From Salisapilia sapeloensis CBS 127946 (Eukaryota; Protista; Oomycota): a DNA stretch of 64,000 nt. The position numbers and the translations under genes were made by a program. The notes beneath the pieces are model-generated. The model was not told where the DNA came from. It ran no database searches and worked only from the letters and a program-made list of their open reading frames with translations. Below, piece by piece: positions 1-10,621 of the stretch. Each line of letters opens with the position of its first letter. The stretch's first letter is position 1. Where the stretch lies: assembly GCA_023334545.1 (NCBI GenBank), contig JAADVB010000066.1, forward strand, positions 14,299 to 78,298, given 5' to 3'.

Positions 1-3000
1 CCGACTGCTGTGCCATCTACTTGCAACACGGCATGTCGCCCAGCTACGATTGCTTTACTCTTTTCGGCTGGTCCAGGACTTGACTTGAATTGACGAATGT
101 ACACTGCTTCATCTTCCAAGTTACCAAACCAGATACCAAGCGGTGGTCTCGGAAACAACAATCGCTTCTCTGATACGATCGGATTAGTCGGTCTCGATGA
201 CGTCGGTCCTTGGTCATTCCGTTCTTTTTCACCATTTTCCTGTCTCTGCTTCCATTGATTGTATTCGTCTTTGGAGATAAAGACCGCAGCCATCGGTTCC
301 TTGGTATTCGCGACAGACTGCAAGACAGTCATGATCTCATTAAACGAGTGGTACGTCGGAGCTGTCATGGGTTCATCATTCAGTTTAAACAACACGTCAC
401 CCACCTCCACTTTACCCGATTGTTGGGCAAAAGACGGGAGACGAGTGAAACCTGCAATAGTTACAAGTGGATGAAGTGTCATCTCCTTATTCTCTTCCTC
501 ATCGCTTTCGTCGTCTGATCCATAACAGTCGACATCAACCGAATCCAGCGATACCATAGGTGGCCAGCTGCGCATCTTTAGAACAGAATCAGGACTAGCC
601 ACGAGTTTCAGATGTGCAGGCCGTTGCGTCGTGTGCTTCATCTCGAGAAGGATCTCCGGCAGTGTCTTAAACCTCAAATCCACGTCGTTCAGCCCCACAA
701 CGAGCATACCAGGCTCAATGACACCGAGTGCCTCAGCAGGGTTCTTTCGACCGTCACGTAGTTGGCTAAAACCCAGGACGACGGCACCAAAGGGTGCTGC
801 CGGTCGACGTCGCAAGCGCAGTCCGAACGCTCCTTCCTGCTTAAATGTCGCCGTGACGTATCTCGGTCGTGGTGGAGCTTTGGCCTGTCGGTTCGCAACT
901 GGATCCTCTGGTGCTAATGTAAACCGAATGGAAAACGGAGCTTGAAGTTGGTTTTTGAGTATCATCTGCAGCTCTTCTAGCGTTAGTTTCGCACAGCTAA
1001 GACCGTTGATAGCCAACACACTTGCTCCCATCGGTATAGCTGCTAACTGATCACTTAGAGCATAGGCATCTTCCAGCACATGACTGACAACGACGTAGTT
1101 ATTAAACACTCCTTTCGCAAAAGCGAACGGGACGTCGTCTTTGTTATTGAACGTAATGTCCGTCGCAAGCGTCGGATCTAACTCGCATGGTTCCGCTCCT
1201 CGCCAAGCACTCGCCTCTGGTAAATCCATGACATTGATATGCATGAGCTGGAACATGAGCGGCCAGTACTTGTCCATCTGCGTATTCAACTGTCCAAGTA
1301 ACCTCATCATATGCCTTAACAACCTCTTCTCCATACTACGTGCCAAGTATTCTCGAATGAGCTCAGCAAAGACACTTGCCAAGAGATTATACACCGAACT
1401 GAACCAACTACCTTGGATACTCAGTTTCAATTCATCTTGGATCGCAATCTCCAACGAATGGAGAGCTAATGTCGGCTTCCAACTGCCGTCTTTCAGCGTT
1501 CGCTCAGCCTTGAACCCGAGCGTGATGAGACCTCCACTCAACTCGGCATTCGCGACACCTCCACCATTCAAGAAAGGAAAGTGCTTCTGACTAAACGTCC
1601 ACTTGAACCCTTTCAACATCGCTGTCAACTGCGTCGCTCGAACACGTAGCAGTTCATCTTGGACGGAGCGACCCATACGGACTTTTACTCGATCCTTGCG
1701 CACCCTAAACGACGACAGATCGAGCTCCGAGACTGCATACTCGACATTCTCCTCCACGCCATTAATCGTATCGACGTGGATGGCTGGTAAGACGGACGTG
1801 AAAAAGTCTAGACACCTGTCTTTCACTTGATCCAGCACTGCCTGTCGCTTCATCCGGTCATTCGACAGCTCTGCACCCCATGCAGCGAGTTTATCAACTC
1901 GAACGTCTGCTAGTGCTTTGGTCATATGTGCGTACAATTGGTCTGGTTCTTCATCCACTGCCTGCAGCCATTTCTGAGCTCGACTGACAAGACGGCGACC
2001 TTGTGTCGACTGCTGCAGACGACTCCAGTACTGCTGTCCAGAGACTCGCCAAGCATCTGCTGCAGCAGTTGCAATCGGCAGCAGATCTTCCGCTTTCTTC
2101 ATCAAAGCGTTCGGATCCAGTTGCGATAGAGATGTGACGCCTAGGTGGGTACTAGCAGCTCTCTCCACCTGTGCAATGACTTGCTGAGCATGTTGTATCT
2201 GTTTATCATGTTGTTGGAGCTGAAGTAAAAGCCGTTGTTTAAATGCTTCCGGGTCTTTCGGCATCTGCTCCACCACCGAACTGCTCTGTACGCGTTGGTA
2301 TTGACTCTCCAGTGCTTCTAGTACCTGCGATACAGCCACACGTTGATTTTCAAGGTTTCCACCATCCACACTCTCCGTCGATTGCTCCAGCACTTGTCCA
2401 CCTGACTCTAGCTGGCGATGGAGGAAGGCATCTAGCTCTGTGGACGCACTTGACTTGAGACTAGATCCAAGCTCCTGAGCTTCGTCACTTGCAGATACTT
2501 GCTGGAGGACACGAGCTGTTTGTGCTAAGAACGCAGATGTCTCTTTGCCACCTAGGAGCTGTGTCTCAAGTGTCTCCTTGGCATTAGCAGCCATCGATCG
2601 AAGTTTTAACAATTCGCTTTGACCGGCAGCTCGTAGGCGATTGGAGGAAGCTGTGAGAGACGGATCTAAGAGAGACATAATGGCACGAGCATACTGGTCT
2701 CCATAGCTTGCATTCATAGAAATGAGCGATAAGGTTTCCGCATGCTGTTCACAAAAGTTTCGAAGTAACAAATATGTTCGTTCAGCGCGATTGCTTAGGA
2801 CCTGTGCGTCTTCGAGTGAGAGATTTCCTTGGAACTCTTGCTGGAGTTTCTCAGGAGTTACAGGAGACGGCAGTAAGGAGAGGACACGCAAGTCCAATGG
2901 AGTCACGTCTGAAGTCTAGGACAGGCGTTAGATGAATTCGGCTTTTACTGGAATAGAAATGAGGATACAGTGAAATATCCAGTGGCATGGATGTCCAGCG

Positions 3001-3100
3001 AAAGGATGTAGGTATCTTGAGCAGGTTGGTACGTCTGGACCGTGGCTAGGGAGTATGGCGTACGAACACGCGTACCAGTCGCTAGTCTTAGCTCAGTTTT
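1..3100 (-). CDS. Partial gene running off the left edge: helical N-terminal region, BPI/LBP (TULIP)-like domain, then at least 3-4 PDZ-like domains
   Basis: Manual translation of the minus strand is open from an AG acceptor at ~2916 to position 1 with no stop, which explains its absence from the ORF track. An in-frame upstream exon 2969-3100 is separated by a 53-nt GT-AG intron, and further 5' exons probably lie up to ~3.7 kb. TULIP-like segment at ~1290-1830: LPAIHVDTINGVEENVEYAVSELDLSSF...FKWTFSQKHFPFLNGGGVANAELSGG...SWFSSVYNLLASVFAELIREYL. PDZ-like segments: GASVLAINGLSC..LEELQMILKN; EGAFGLRL...IEPGMLVVGLNDVDL; PPLGIWFGN...AVLQVDG. Confidence 0.75.
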
Positions 3101-4003
3101 CTAAGCAGTAAATGAGCTATAGAAATTCCTGTGGACATGATACATGTACCGTGAAAGTGAGTGCTTCATCCTGGTCTCCAATGATCCGGTACTTGTTTTC
3201 ACGCACTCTGGTGCAAATCTTATCAGACGAGCCTATCAGTATACAATCGACATGGTGACATACAAGAACGTTTGGACGGTGCCAGTGTGGTCAAATGTCG
3301 GATGCGGGTACAACACACTCGTTCCTTTCGGTAGTTCTCCACTCTTTAGCATCCTTAGTGCTGGCATCAAATCGCTCCTCTATCAACCTAGTGAACACCA
3401 TGACCATCCATAAATGAGTTCATAGCTTACGGAAGTATAGAGCTCTGCATTCATGTCGTACAAATGCACTTGTACAGTATCGTATTTTCTATTGCTATCA
3501 TGCCATTATGTTAGTCTACGAATATTGATAATATCGAATGCTAGTCGAACCTCATCCGGACGATGCCAGCGCCATAAGGCGTTTTCACTTCATCACCCTC
3601 TCCATATCGTATCGCATTGGAAAACAATGCTGGCATCTTGCGTACGTCCATTTTTGTCGTGTAAACGGACGAAACGGAAGTAGTGCGACAGGCCTAGAAG
3701 AGATGGCGATCGAGGATTCGTCTTCGCGTTAGGTCGTGTATGGTGTGCCAGAACGGTACCGATTACGCATCATGGATCTTGAAAGGTAGTATCAGGTGTG
3801 TCATAACAAGAGGAAGTCGGTACAGGAGACTTTCGAGAATGTGAAGGCGTCTACTCATGCATTAAAGTTGGACTAAGAAAATGTGCGGATGTGGGATTGT
3901 GTTGGTTTCTACATAAGTAAGGTTGCTGTGCATGGACTGTAAGACTGTGTGGAAACTGAGGTATCCGCTTCGACTTGGTCTACTTGTCGGATCCGCTCAT
4001 AGA

Positions 4004-4018
4004 CACTTTCCAATTTGC
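4004..4018 (+). promoter_or_regulatory. Oomycete-type INR+FPR core promoter motif
   Basis: CACTTTCCAATTTGC lies ~50 nt upstream of the ATG at 4070. It resembles the oomycete initiator (YCAYTYY) plus flanking promoter region (MWTTTNC). Confidence 0.5.
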
Positions 4019-4069
4019 TCTGCAACGACAACCATCAAGCTCTACAAACCAAACAACAGCAATTCAACT

Positions 4070-4912
4070 ATGCGCCAAGTAATTCGTTTCGTGCTCGCAG
4101 CATTCATTGCCACAAACTGCATCACGACGACGACAGGATCTCGAGCATTGCGTGCTCTGGGCATAGACGATGATCCAACTCCTTGTCCAGCATCCATGTC
4201 CGGATCAGCAGCCTCTTCGATGCAAGATATTGACTTTTCTACGAATGACTGTGGCAAGCCTTTTGAAGACATTCCTGAAGAATGTCCAGAGGAACCTGAA
4301 TACACCACAGTGGCAGTCCTGGGGGCACCCACGTATTGCATCCGTGGCACTCCATGTGGTCGTAATGGAGGAAGCACTTGTCCAGGACCTCGAAACGATG
4401 GTGAGCTACTTTATGGCGCTACCTGTGAGATATTAGAAGGCACTGGTGGTGCTAGAGGCTGTATAAAGAAAACCAAGTGCTCTGCTTCGGACGATTCTCA
4501 GTCAGGTAGTGGCTCTTTAACAAGCGACAGCAGCGGTGACCCTTCTTCAACTCCAAATTATGACGACGGTCATGATACAATTTCATCAATGTCTCTTTCA
4601 TCGCCGTCCATGACAGCATCCGATGGAAATAATGAATCTAATGAAGACATCGAAGAGCCACTAGAGATAGATTGCTCTGGATCAGATGCAGATACTTCGA
4701 TGTCCGAGGTCTCTGCAGAGTCTACAGAACAGGATGGCAAATCTGATGAAGCAAGCGAGAGTCGGTCTGTGAGTCAAACTGGTGATGAAGTCACACTAAC
4801 CGACGACTCTGCAAGTTGCTCACAAGTGGAGGACGAAGACGATGGTAAACCGGATGCAGGTGACGTATCAGATAAAGTGGATCATACACATGAACCGCAT
4901 GAAGTAGAGTAA
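4070..4912 (+). CDS. Secreted protein with a small Cys-rich domain and an acidic Ser/Asp-rich tail (mucin/Car-like surface protein)
   Basis: The likely start is the ATG at 4070 (MRQVIRFVLAAFIATNCITTTTG, a signal peptide), not the TTG at 3923. Cys-rich module VAVLGAPTYCIRGTPCG...TCPGP...TCE...GCIKKTKC is followed by an S/D/E-rich low-complexity tail. Confidence 0.75.
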   Translation: MRQVIRFVLAAFIATNCITTTTGSRALRALGIDDDPTPCPASMSGSAASSMQDIDFSTNDCGKPFEDIPEECPEEPEYTTVAVLGAPTYCIRGTPCGRNGGSTCPGPRNDGELLYGATCEILEGTGGARGCIKKTKCSASDDSQSGSGSLTSDSSGDPSSTPNYDDGHDTISSMSLSSPSMTASDGNNESNEDIEEPLEIDCSGSDADTSMSEVSAESTEQDGKSDEASESRSVSQTGDEVTLTDDSASCSQVEDEDDGKPDAGDVSDKVDHTHEPHEVE

Positions 4913-4949
4913 AGGTCAACGATGACACTCAACGCAGAGAGATCGACGA

Positions 4950-7350
4950 AGAAGTCAATTAGCTTGAAGACATGCTTGTGATCTTAAGAGAATCACTAGC
5001 AAGTTAATATCTTTTACACGTTAATTGGGGAGTACGATTCGAGACGCCCGTACAATCGCACCATCAACTTCTTCTCCCCCAAAGCTGCTGTTGTAGTGCT
5101 ATGAAAAATACTTTGGAAGCCTTATCAATTTTCAACACAAGCGATTTTAACTTTGAAATAAACATTTTCTACCACCAGCTTTCTCTTCATCAGCACCTTT
5201 ATTTAAATCGACATTACTATCCACGGCATCAAATAGATAGTCTGCAAGCTTGCATTTTACTTGGAATTATACTCAGGCCGTATCCGCGCTGAATCGGTTT
5301 TGAGAGAAATTGGTGATTTGTCTTTTGTCGGTCGATTCTTGATAATCGAATCAGCAAACTCTGCGGTCGTTGAGAATTGCAGATTTTACTTTGCCACTTA
5401 CCATTGGAAACCTAACTTAACACTTTAATATAACTTTCCCGCCGAACGAGGAGTACAAAGACAAGTGGTCCGTAGTGCCAATGAACACGCTGCCTCATAT
5501 TCTTGATCTAACTTGCCTCTCTAGCTCCATCCTCTGTTGTAATTGATGTTTCCATTGTCATACTCGCTGTAGCACGATCTATGTCAAAGCTGCAACATAT
5601 AGATGACGTTCTTGGAGCGAATTAGGCCTGAATCGATATACCCTTCGACATCATCTAGCTTTTCGTCGATTTCAATCAAGCCGATTTAAGAGGCACAGTA
5701 CCGATCACAGCTCGCACATGCTTGTTCTCATATTGTATATTTCACCTCACATCATCCACTATATTCATTTCAGCGAACGCGATCTTACTTGCTTTTGGTA
5801 TATCTCCATCTACGTCTTTGATGCAATCAGGAGAAAACGATCTTCGAGGAGACTTCAAGTCAGGCCTAGTCCTCGAAATGTGCACATTTGTAAAAGCTAG
5901 CGAAAGACTCGGTGAGCTCTTCGCTTTACTTGCGCTATTGATCTCTTCGCTATTATTTCGGAGCAAACATAATACAGTGATAGATAGAATAATTAGAAGA
6001 TATTTTTGACTTGCACTGTACGCCGTCCCAATGAAATGGCGAAGAGTTCAATAGCGCAAGTAAATCGATTTCAACTTCAACCAGAATGACTTCCGACAAT
6101 GCAGCACGATATGCTTGACACGGTTCCCCGATAAAGCATGATAAAGGAACGGACGCTATACGTAGATAGGAATGAAAAGTAGATAGAGACATACGGCGAA
6201 CCGCGAAAGACTTGGGTATTGTTTCCTATTACCAATCATCCATGTTTGTTTTTAAAATGCCTATAGTTCTTTGCTCAATATCCGATTATCCACTCGACGA
6301 ACACTGCTTTAATATGCAACTGAGTCTAGTTTACGAATGTAGTGGACCCTGTGTGGTTCACGAACTAAAAGACATTTCAAAACACGATGCATTCATGCAA
6401 ACTTTTTTTATTTTTGCCTTCTTTTGATGATACTGCCAAGCCGACTTTAAGACACAGTGACAATTTGCCCTCAAACAATACCCTGATTTCTTAGCTCCTT
6501 CCGTTATAAGCATGCTACATGAAGGTTAAAGAAAATCTACCGGAAATTCCAAATTCTGCATACAAGAGCCTAGCGATGCGGGATTAATTTCTCTGGTGAA
6601 GATATGAAAATCGATTGACAAAGTTACCATCAAGCTTATGACAATGACTTGTACAACATCTCAGTCTTCAATGCTAATCCCAGATCTTATGGATTCGGTT
6701 GTATAGATCTGCTTGCTTAATAAGTACACATTTACTGTCATGACAGTTCCAGCACAAAAGTCCAATACCCAGGTGATTTCTGCGTGTTGACTTCATATAT
6801 TCACGGAGATCACCATTTCCCTTTTAATGCTAAGATCTGCACTGAGATACGATGGTGTAAAGGATGTCAATTGTTTAATGGTAAAATGGAAGAAATGTGA
6901 TAGTAAACTCGATACGCGTACGAACCTCACTGGACATATGAAAGCCCTTGTACCCAAGTGCCCCTAAGAGCTAAGACGAGCAACCCTCTTGCATGAAGTT
7001 TGATCGACAGGGTGAAAGTAGTAAGCAATTTATTTGTTTAAAGTACATTCGATATAAATATGCGTAAAATTGACACAAATGGCTAGCCCATTTCTAAAAT
7101 CGATAACAATGATGCGCCAAGGTCAGGTAATAAGTGGTTTAGTCAGTACCTGATTGTCTTGCCCTACCACATTAATGTGCATTTAGAGCACAAACATCGT
7201 TTGCTTTCTACCTTGAGGTCTGAATAAAGTATTTTTCTGTCATTCTGCTACCTGAACGATTTTACGGGTGATCTGTCATTGCTACTATAGCCACAGAAGA
7301 ACTTACTTTACATGATCCATTATTCTGAAGTTTCCCACATAAAGCACTGA
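4950..7350 (-). other. Unresolved region, possibly an intron-rich gene or decayed gene on the minus strand
   Basis: Several minus-strand donor/acceptor-like pairs about 50 nt apart (e.g. gtaagt, gtactg, gtgag donors) and short open segments (5742-5966, 5953-6192). I could not assemble a consistent frame. Confidence 0.25.
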
Positions 7351-7441
7351 CTGCTGCTCCTACTATCAAACCTCACTCACATTCAAGTCACAACTCTAAC
7401 GTCAGTCTCACTTTCCGTCAAATAAAACGTGTTCAAACTCG

Positions 7442-10198
7442 CTACTCGCTAGCTTTTACATCCTCCACGTCCTTCCCATCCTCTTCTTCTACGTCCATCG
7501 CCTTTCCATCTTCCACTACCTCCTTAGTCACCTCAGGTTCAGCAGCCGCTTCCTCCGTCTTCTCCACCGTCATCGCTTCGTCCTTTGCAGTCGTATCCTT
7601 GGCATCCTCTTCCATAGCCCCGTCGCCATCACTTGGCTTCTCTTCCTCCTGGAACAACTCGTCTCTGTATCTAGGACACTTGTCCAGTAGCTTTTCAAAA
7701 GTCACTCGACTCGCTTCCCACACGTCGCTTTCCCACAGCTTTGTAAAAGTATCCACACTTGCACACGTGCGCCTCAAGTGTCCAATCGTCTGCTTCAAAT
7801 ACGTCTCGATCACATCTTCCTTTCCACTCTTCATCTCGACAACCGACCACAGCAACATCCCTACCTTTCCAAATATTGCTTCCTGCGAATACACGACGAC
7901 TTCCTCACCACTTTCATCCCACTTAAACTCAATCTCTTGTTCCGCAAGACAGAGTAAAAAGTCATCCATGATAACCTTCCACACACTCGTCTTTACAACA
8001 TCTTCCAACTTTGTACTCTGCATCCGTTTCACATGTCCAAGTAACACTTCGCCAACATCATGTAAGAAGACACGATCTTGCGCCATGCTAGTTTCTACCT
8101 CCATCAGACACTGGATCATCCGTCCACCAACATCAAACGCATTTTCCACGAGACACTTGAGAATAAACGTCTTGATCAACGTTCGAGACGATGCACTCGA
8201 TAACAACACATCCTTCCACACTTGACTTTCAAACGTCTCGAGTCGGTCCTGATGCATCCACGTCATCACGAGTGGCAGGGCGACTCGAATCGGAATCGCA
8301 CCTGGTGCTTTCAAATGCATCTCCTTCTTGCGTACCATACGACGCAGTGATGCAGCGTTACCGAGTTGGAGTAACTGGACAAGACCACGGCAGTTCAAGT
8401 GGTCTGTCGGTAGCTCTTGCGTCGTCCAGCACGTCGCAAGTGTCTTTAGCAGCGTCTCGGAGATCAAACGTTGGGCTTGAGGATCACTCAAGACCATCGC
8501 GACATCCGCAAGCTGGTCTTCACACACGCCTTCAGGGACGAAGCCAGCCACGGCGACGGCAGGGCGATGCAGCACGACTTCTCCAGACGTGGATAAGATG
8601 CCGACAGCTTCTCCTGGTCCCGTCTTCTTCCGTTTCTTCGGACGAAGCTTTTGTGGTGCGCCTTGTAGCGTCGCTGCGTGCTTTTCAATGACATCCAGTC
8701 CTCTCTTACCCACACGCTTGCCTTCTTTATAGAAGACAGTCGTGTCGGGATTAAAGGTGAGGCAGTTCTGGATCATCAGGTTAAAGTCATCCACAAGCAT
8801 CTCGACCGACTTGTACTTGTGCTTTCGAGCTTTCTTACGCATGGTCGAGAGATCCATCGGCTCTTGGATCACTTCATGGTACTTGGGCACATCTGCCGGT
8901 ACAGGTTCAGCAAAGATCTGTTTCGAATCAATACGTACGAGCTTTTCAATCAACACATCTAACTGGTCGGATGGAGGTGCACCAAGCACCATTTCTAAAG
9001 CCTCTTCTTCCATCTGCATCTCCTCCGGTTTCTTCTTCAAACGACGATGAAATGGCAAGTCTCCAATACGAAGTTTATCCACGAATGATAGGAGCTCCTG
9101 AAGCTCCGTCGCATCTAATGCACTCTTCTTAATCGCTCGATCCGTGAACCAGATGAACTTGTGGATAGGATCTGTGCGAAGTAAGTTGGTTGCATGATCT
9201 CGTTGGACATTCGCTAGGTCAGCACGTAAGGCACCAAGCGTCGCGACACCGTCCACTAGATCCTGACTTTGTAGCTTGGCATTGTTATAGGAAAAACCAG
9301 GGATAACACTAGAGATGAGGTACTCTTTCCAAATCTCGAGGACGGAGAGATATAGCTCTTCCGAGTCGCCGATCATGTCCGTGAGTTTACGCAATGCAGC
9401 GCTTGATTTACGACGTTCCTCGGACGATATACTCCATCCAAGTGGACGGTTGAGAGGAGTGCTAGAGGACGCTTTTGACGGGACGTGGCTCGATACGTTC
9501 CACAAGTCCGAAGCTGCAGTCTCGATGCTACTCGTCGGTTGCTTGGATGCTTCTTCCGATTGGAACGGATGCGAGCGATAGAATGCCATGCGCTCTTCTG
9601 CATACTCCCGCGTGCATTCGTCCACAAAGACACGTAGCTCGGCTGCATCTACGAATAAGATTTTACGCCGCACATGCGTCGGTAGAGCCTCCAGAATCTT
9701 TCGGTTCTCGGTCAGTTCCTTTAAATACGCTTCTGGCGTTTCTTCTTGTAAGGATAAAATCGTCATGGGTACTTGCTGCAGCTCCCGGAACTCAATGTAA
9801 GGGAATGTAGCGTCCAAGAGTTTCTGCAATTCCCGTTGGGAAAAATGCGGTAGGCGTTTGAGCAACTCTTGACGTAAAGCTGACAGCATAGACTCGTAGA
9901 CACTCGAACGTCGTACCGAAAGTAGATCTAAAAGCTGAATGGCAGACCCAAAGTTCTCTCCCTCTACGACACCATCTACGCCATGCGTTTTCTGGAAATC
10001 CAAGATGGCCGTGTCGGGATTCGGGGCCGTGCTAAGCAGTTCTTGGAGGGCAGCACCGCCACGAGCACCAATCATGCGTGGCTTCACCTTTTTCAGTTTC
10101 GTATGCGCCTTGTTATTCTCCGTCATGTCGTTTTCAGACTTGTGCGTCGACAATTTAAACGTGACCTTCAAGTCACTCGTCGATGGGCTGTCGCTCAT
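7442..10198 (-). CDS. NELFB: NELF-B (COBRA1)-like protein with an internally inserted bromodomain and an acidic C-terminal tail
   Basis: Single-exon ORF, likely start MSDSPS at 10198. Collinear NELF-B-like motifs: SAIQLLDLL, LQKLLDATF, VRRKIL, LRKLTDMIGDSEELY, ALRADL, DPIHKFIWFTD, LADVAMVLSDP, LVQLLQLG. Bromodomain at ~8680-8975: IFAEPVPADVPKYHEVIQEPMDLSTM...DFNLMIQNCLTFN. Confidence 0.8.
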   Translation of the reverse strand: MSDSPSTSDLKVTFKLSTHKSENDMTENNKAHTKLKKVKPRMIGARGGAALQELLSTAPNPDTAILDFQKTHGVDGVVEGENFGSAIQLLDLLSVRRSSVYESMLSALRQELLKRLPHFSQRELQKLLDATFPYIEFRELQQVPMTILSLQEETPEAYLKELTENRKILEALPTHVRRKILFVDAAELRVFVDECTREYAEERMAFYRSHPFQSEEASKQPTSSIETAASDLWNVSSHVPSKASSSTPLNRPLGWSISSEERRKSSAALRKLTDMIGDSEELYLSVLEIWKEYLISSVIPGFSYNNAKLQSQDLVDGVATLGALRADLANVQRDHATNLLRTDPIHKFIWFTDRAIKKSALDATELQELLSFVDKLRIGDLPFHRRLKKKPEEMQMEEEALEMVLGAPPSDQLDVLIEKLVRIDSKQIFAEPVPADVPKYHEVIQEPMDLSTMRKKARKHKYKSVEMLVDDFNLMIQNCLTFNPDTTVFYKEGKRVGKRGLDVIEKHAATLQGAPQKLRPKKRKKTGPGEAVGILSTSGEVVLHRPAVAVAGFVPEGVCEDQLADVAMVLSDPQAQRLISETLLKTLATCWTTQELPTDHLNCRGLVQLLQLGNAASLRRMVRKKEMHLKAPGAIPIRVALPLVMTWMHQDRLETFESQVWKDVLLSSASSRTLIKTFILKCLVENAFDVGGRMIQCLMEVETSMAQDRVFLHDVGEVLLGHVKRMQSTKLEDVVKTSVWKVIMDDFLLCLAEQEIEFKWDESGEEVVVYSQEAIFGKVGMLLWSVVEMKSGKEDVIETYLKQTIGHLRRTCASVDTFTKLWESDVWEASRVTFEKLLDKCPRYRDELFQEEEKPSDGDGAMEEDAKDTTAKDEAMTVEKTEEAAAEPEVTKEVVEDGKAMDVEEEDGKDVEDVKASE

Positions 10199-10621
10199 GG
10201 TCGCTGTAAGTCGAGGTGGAAGGTATAAGCACACGAGCAGCTTCCTGAGAGAGGGAGGTGTATTGTGGTGGAAAAAGCAGGGCCCTGCGGATTAATCACG
10301 AGGCAAGAGAGACGTCGACAGCGTGTACTTGAATGCGTCGACTGCCTCCTCTGCTTCCTGTCGTCGTTTTCAGGTACGGGTCTTATAAATAGGCTTGCAG
10401 CTATTTTACGGCTCTGAAGTTAAAGGAGCTATAAGGGTCGTATACCGACTTCAACTTAGTACTATCTAGCTGTCCTAGCGTATACATGTTTTCGTTTCTA
10501 CTACTTTCTACAGGTTATGATACAAGACTTGGTATAAATATACTAGTTGTTGATGTGTAGGGAACATTGAAAAGATATTTATAGCATTGTGTTAGCATTA
10601 TCTTGAATTCACTAGGTGGAG

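Noticed and set aside
3923-4069. TTG/GTG-initiated N-terminal extensions in the ORF track (also at 15166, 16968, 20665, 27707-28366 and others)
   Set aside because: The locus is eukaryotic. Downstream ATGs give proper signal peptides or conserved N-termini and sit just after INR/FPR motifs.
6240-6290. Minus-strand EQRTIGILK, faintly like a PIF/Harbinger transposase motif
   Set aside because: No other transposase motifs, terminal inverted repeats or target-site duplications were seen.
7599-10295. Many plus-strand ORFs of 70-208 aa over the NELF-B gene, and similar ones over other long genes
   Set aside because: Antisense or alternative-frame shadows with no recognisable motifs.
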